Shown here piece after piece: positions 16,476-16,914 of a stretch of 16,914 nucleotides of DNA; the stretch's first letter is position 1; every line of letters starts with the position of its first letter. Where the stretch lies: contig JBBCAW010000106.1 in NCBI GenBank assembly GCA_051382295.1, positions 1-16,914 on the forward strand. The letters are read 5' to 3'. Position numbers and translations under genes: made by a program. The notes beneath the pieces were generated by a model. It was not told where the DNA came from. It saw only the letters and a list, made by a program, of their open reading frames with translations, and made no database searches. This DNA comes from Bdellovibrionota bacterium FG-1. Lineage in GTDB: Bacteria > Bdellovibrionota > UBA1018.

Positions 16476-16913
16476 CTACTGAATGCTGTTTTGACAAGCG
16501 CGCCCTAATCGGTCCGCGATCGCATGCCCTAACCCATGAATCGAGGCGCAAGGTTCAGCAAAGATCACTTGTGCGTCGGAGGTATCCAGTGCACGCATTT
16601 TGCTAAAAAGCGTGCGCGCGGCTTCATGAAGATCTCCGTTGGAACTCAAGCAAAGAGCTGTGATTCGAGGATGATGAGCGGCCCCGCCGGGGGTGAGTAA
16701 ATGGTGGACAATTCGTTCATCGATTTGCGGGTCCTCGTCCTTTTGAAGCAAAAAACCCAGGTGCTGGGCACCCGCTGCGCGCTGGACAATTTCTTCCCAA
16801 TGTTGAGCTTCAAGATGAGGGATCGTGGCCGGAAGCATAAACATGGGTTTCGAGGGCGCGTAGTGACTGTCCAACATTCCGGGGGCTAACATTCCTGCAG
16901 CAATGGGGTTTGA
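16476..16913 (-). CDS. sua5: L-threonylcarbamoyladenylate synthase, Sua5-type (C-terminal part; gene starts beyond the window)
   Basis: APGMLDSHYAP linker motif and SUA5 domain LSSNGDLHEAARTLFSKMRALD...GLGHAIADRLGRA; frame open to the window edge. Confidence 0.9.
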   Translation of the reverse strand, partial: SNPIAAGMLAPGMLDSHYAPSKPMFMLPATIPHLEAQHWEEIVQRAAGAQHLGFLLQKDEDPQIDERIVHHLLTPGGAAHHPRITALCLSSNGDLHEAARTLFSKMRALDTSDAQVIFAEPCASIHGLGHAIADRLGRACQNSIQ

Positions 16914-16914
16914 G

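Noticed and set aside
5298..16913. Apparent cluster of metabolite-damage/housecleaning genes (RidA, RdgB, glyoxalase II-like, Sua5)
   Set aside because: They are scattered, on different strands and in different transcription units; probably coincidence.

Overview
Bacterial chromosomal window, most likely from a Bdellovibrionota/Oligoflexia-type organism (inferred from the TIGR02147-like gene, the long HNH family, the secreted lipoproteins and the IS1-like transposase type). The core-like genes are maeB, a RidA-family gene, rpmB, a YdcF/DUF218 gene, rdgB, a START-domain gene, a metallo-beta-lactamase-fold hydrolase, a YqjE-like gene and a partial Sua5 gene. They surround a decayed accessory patch at about 9.95-15.14 kb. 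The main signal is an IS1-like transposase whose third catalytic position reads N instead of E. It is bracketed by 22-bp inverted repeats with no target duplication, and a second pair of the same repeats 1.4 kb away encloses an unrelated ~100-bp spacer, cuts a TIGR02147-like gene at its edge and helps bracket a lipoprotein gene. This could be a MITE/composite element or a REP-like system run by a DD(N) transposase. A second signal is repeated internal deletion. hipA is reduced to its first codons and last ~57 codons behind an intact hipB with three operators at 28-bp spacing. An HNH gene appears deleted in 2-3 places, XRE and traF-like remnants are fused head to head, and a YqjK-like stub reads into the hydrolase. 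Two structured non-coding elements are also visible: a 101-bp element with two AGGA-loop hairpins, and a terminator-like hairpin in the rpmB leader. All family calls come from motif recognition by eye; no searches were run.
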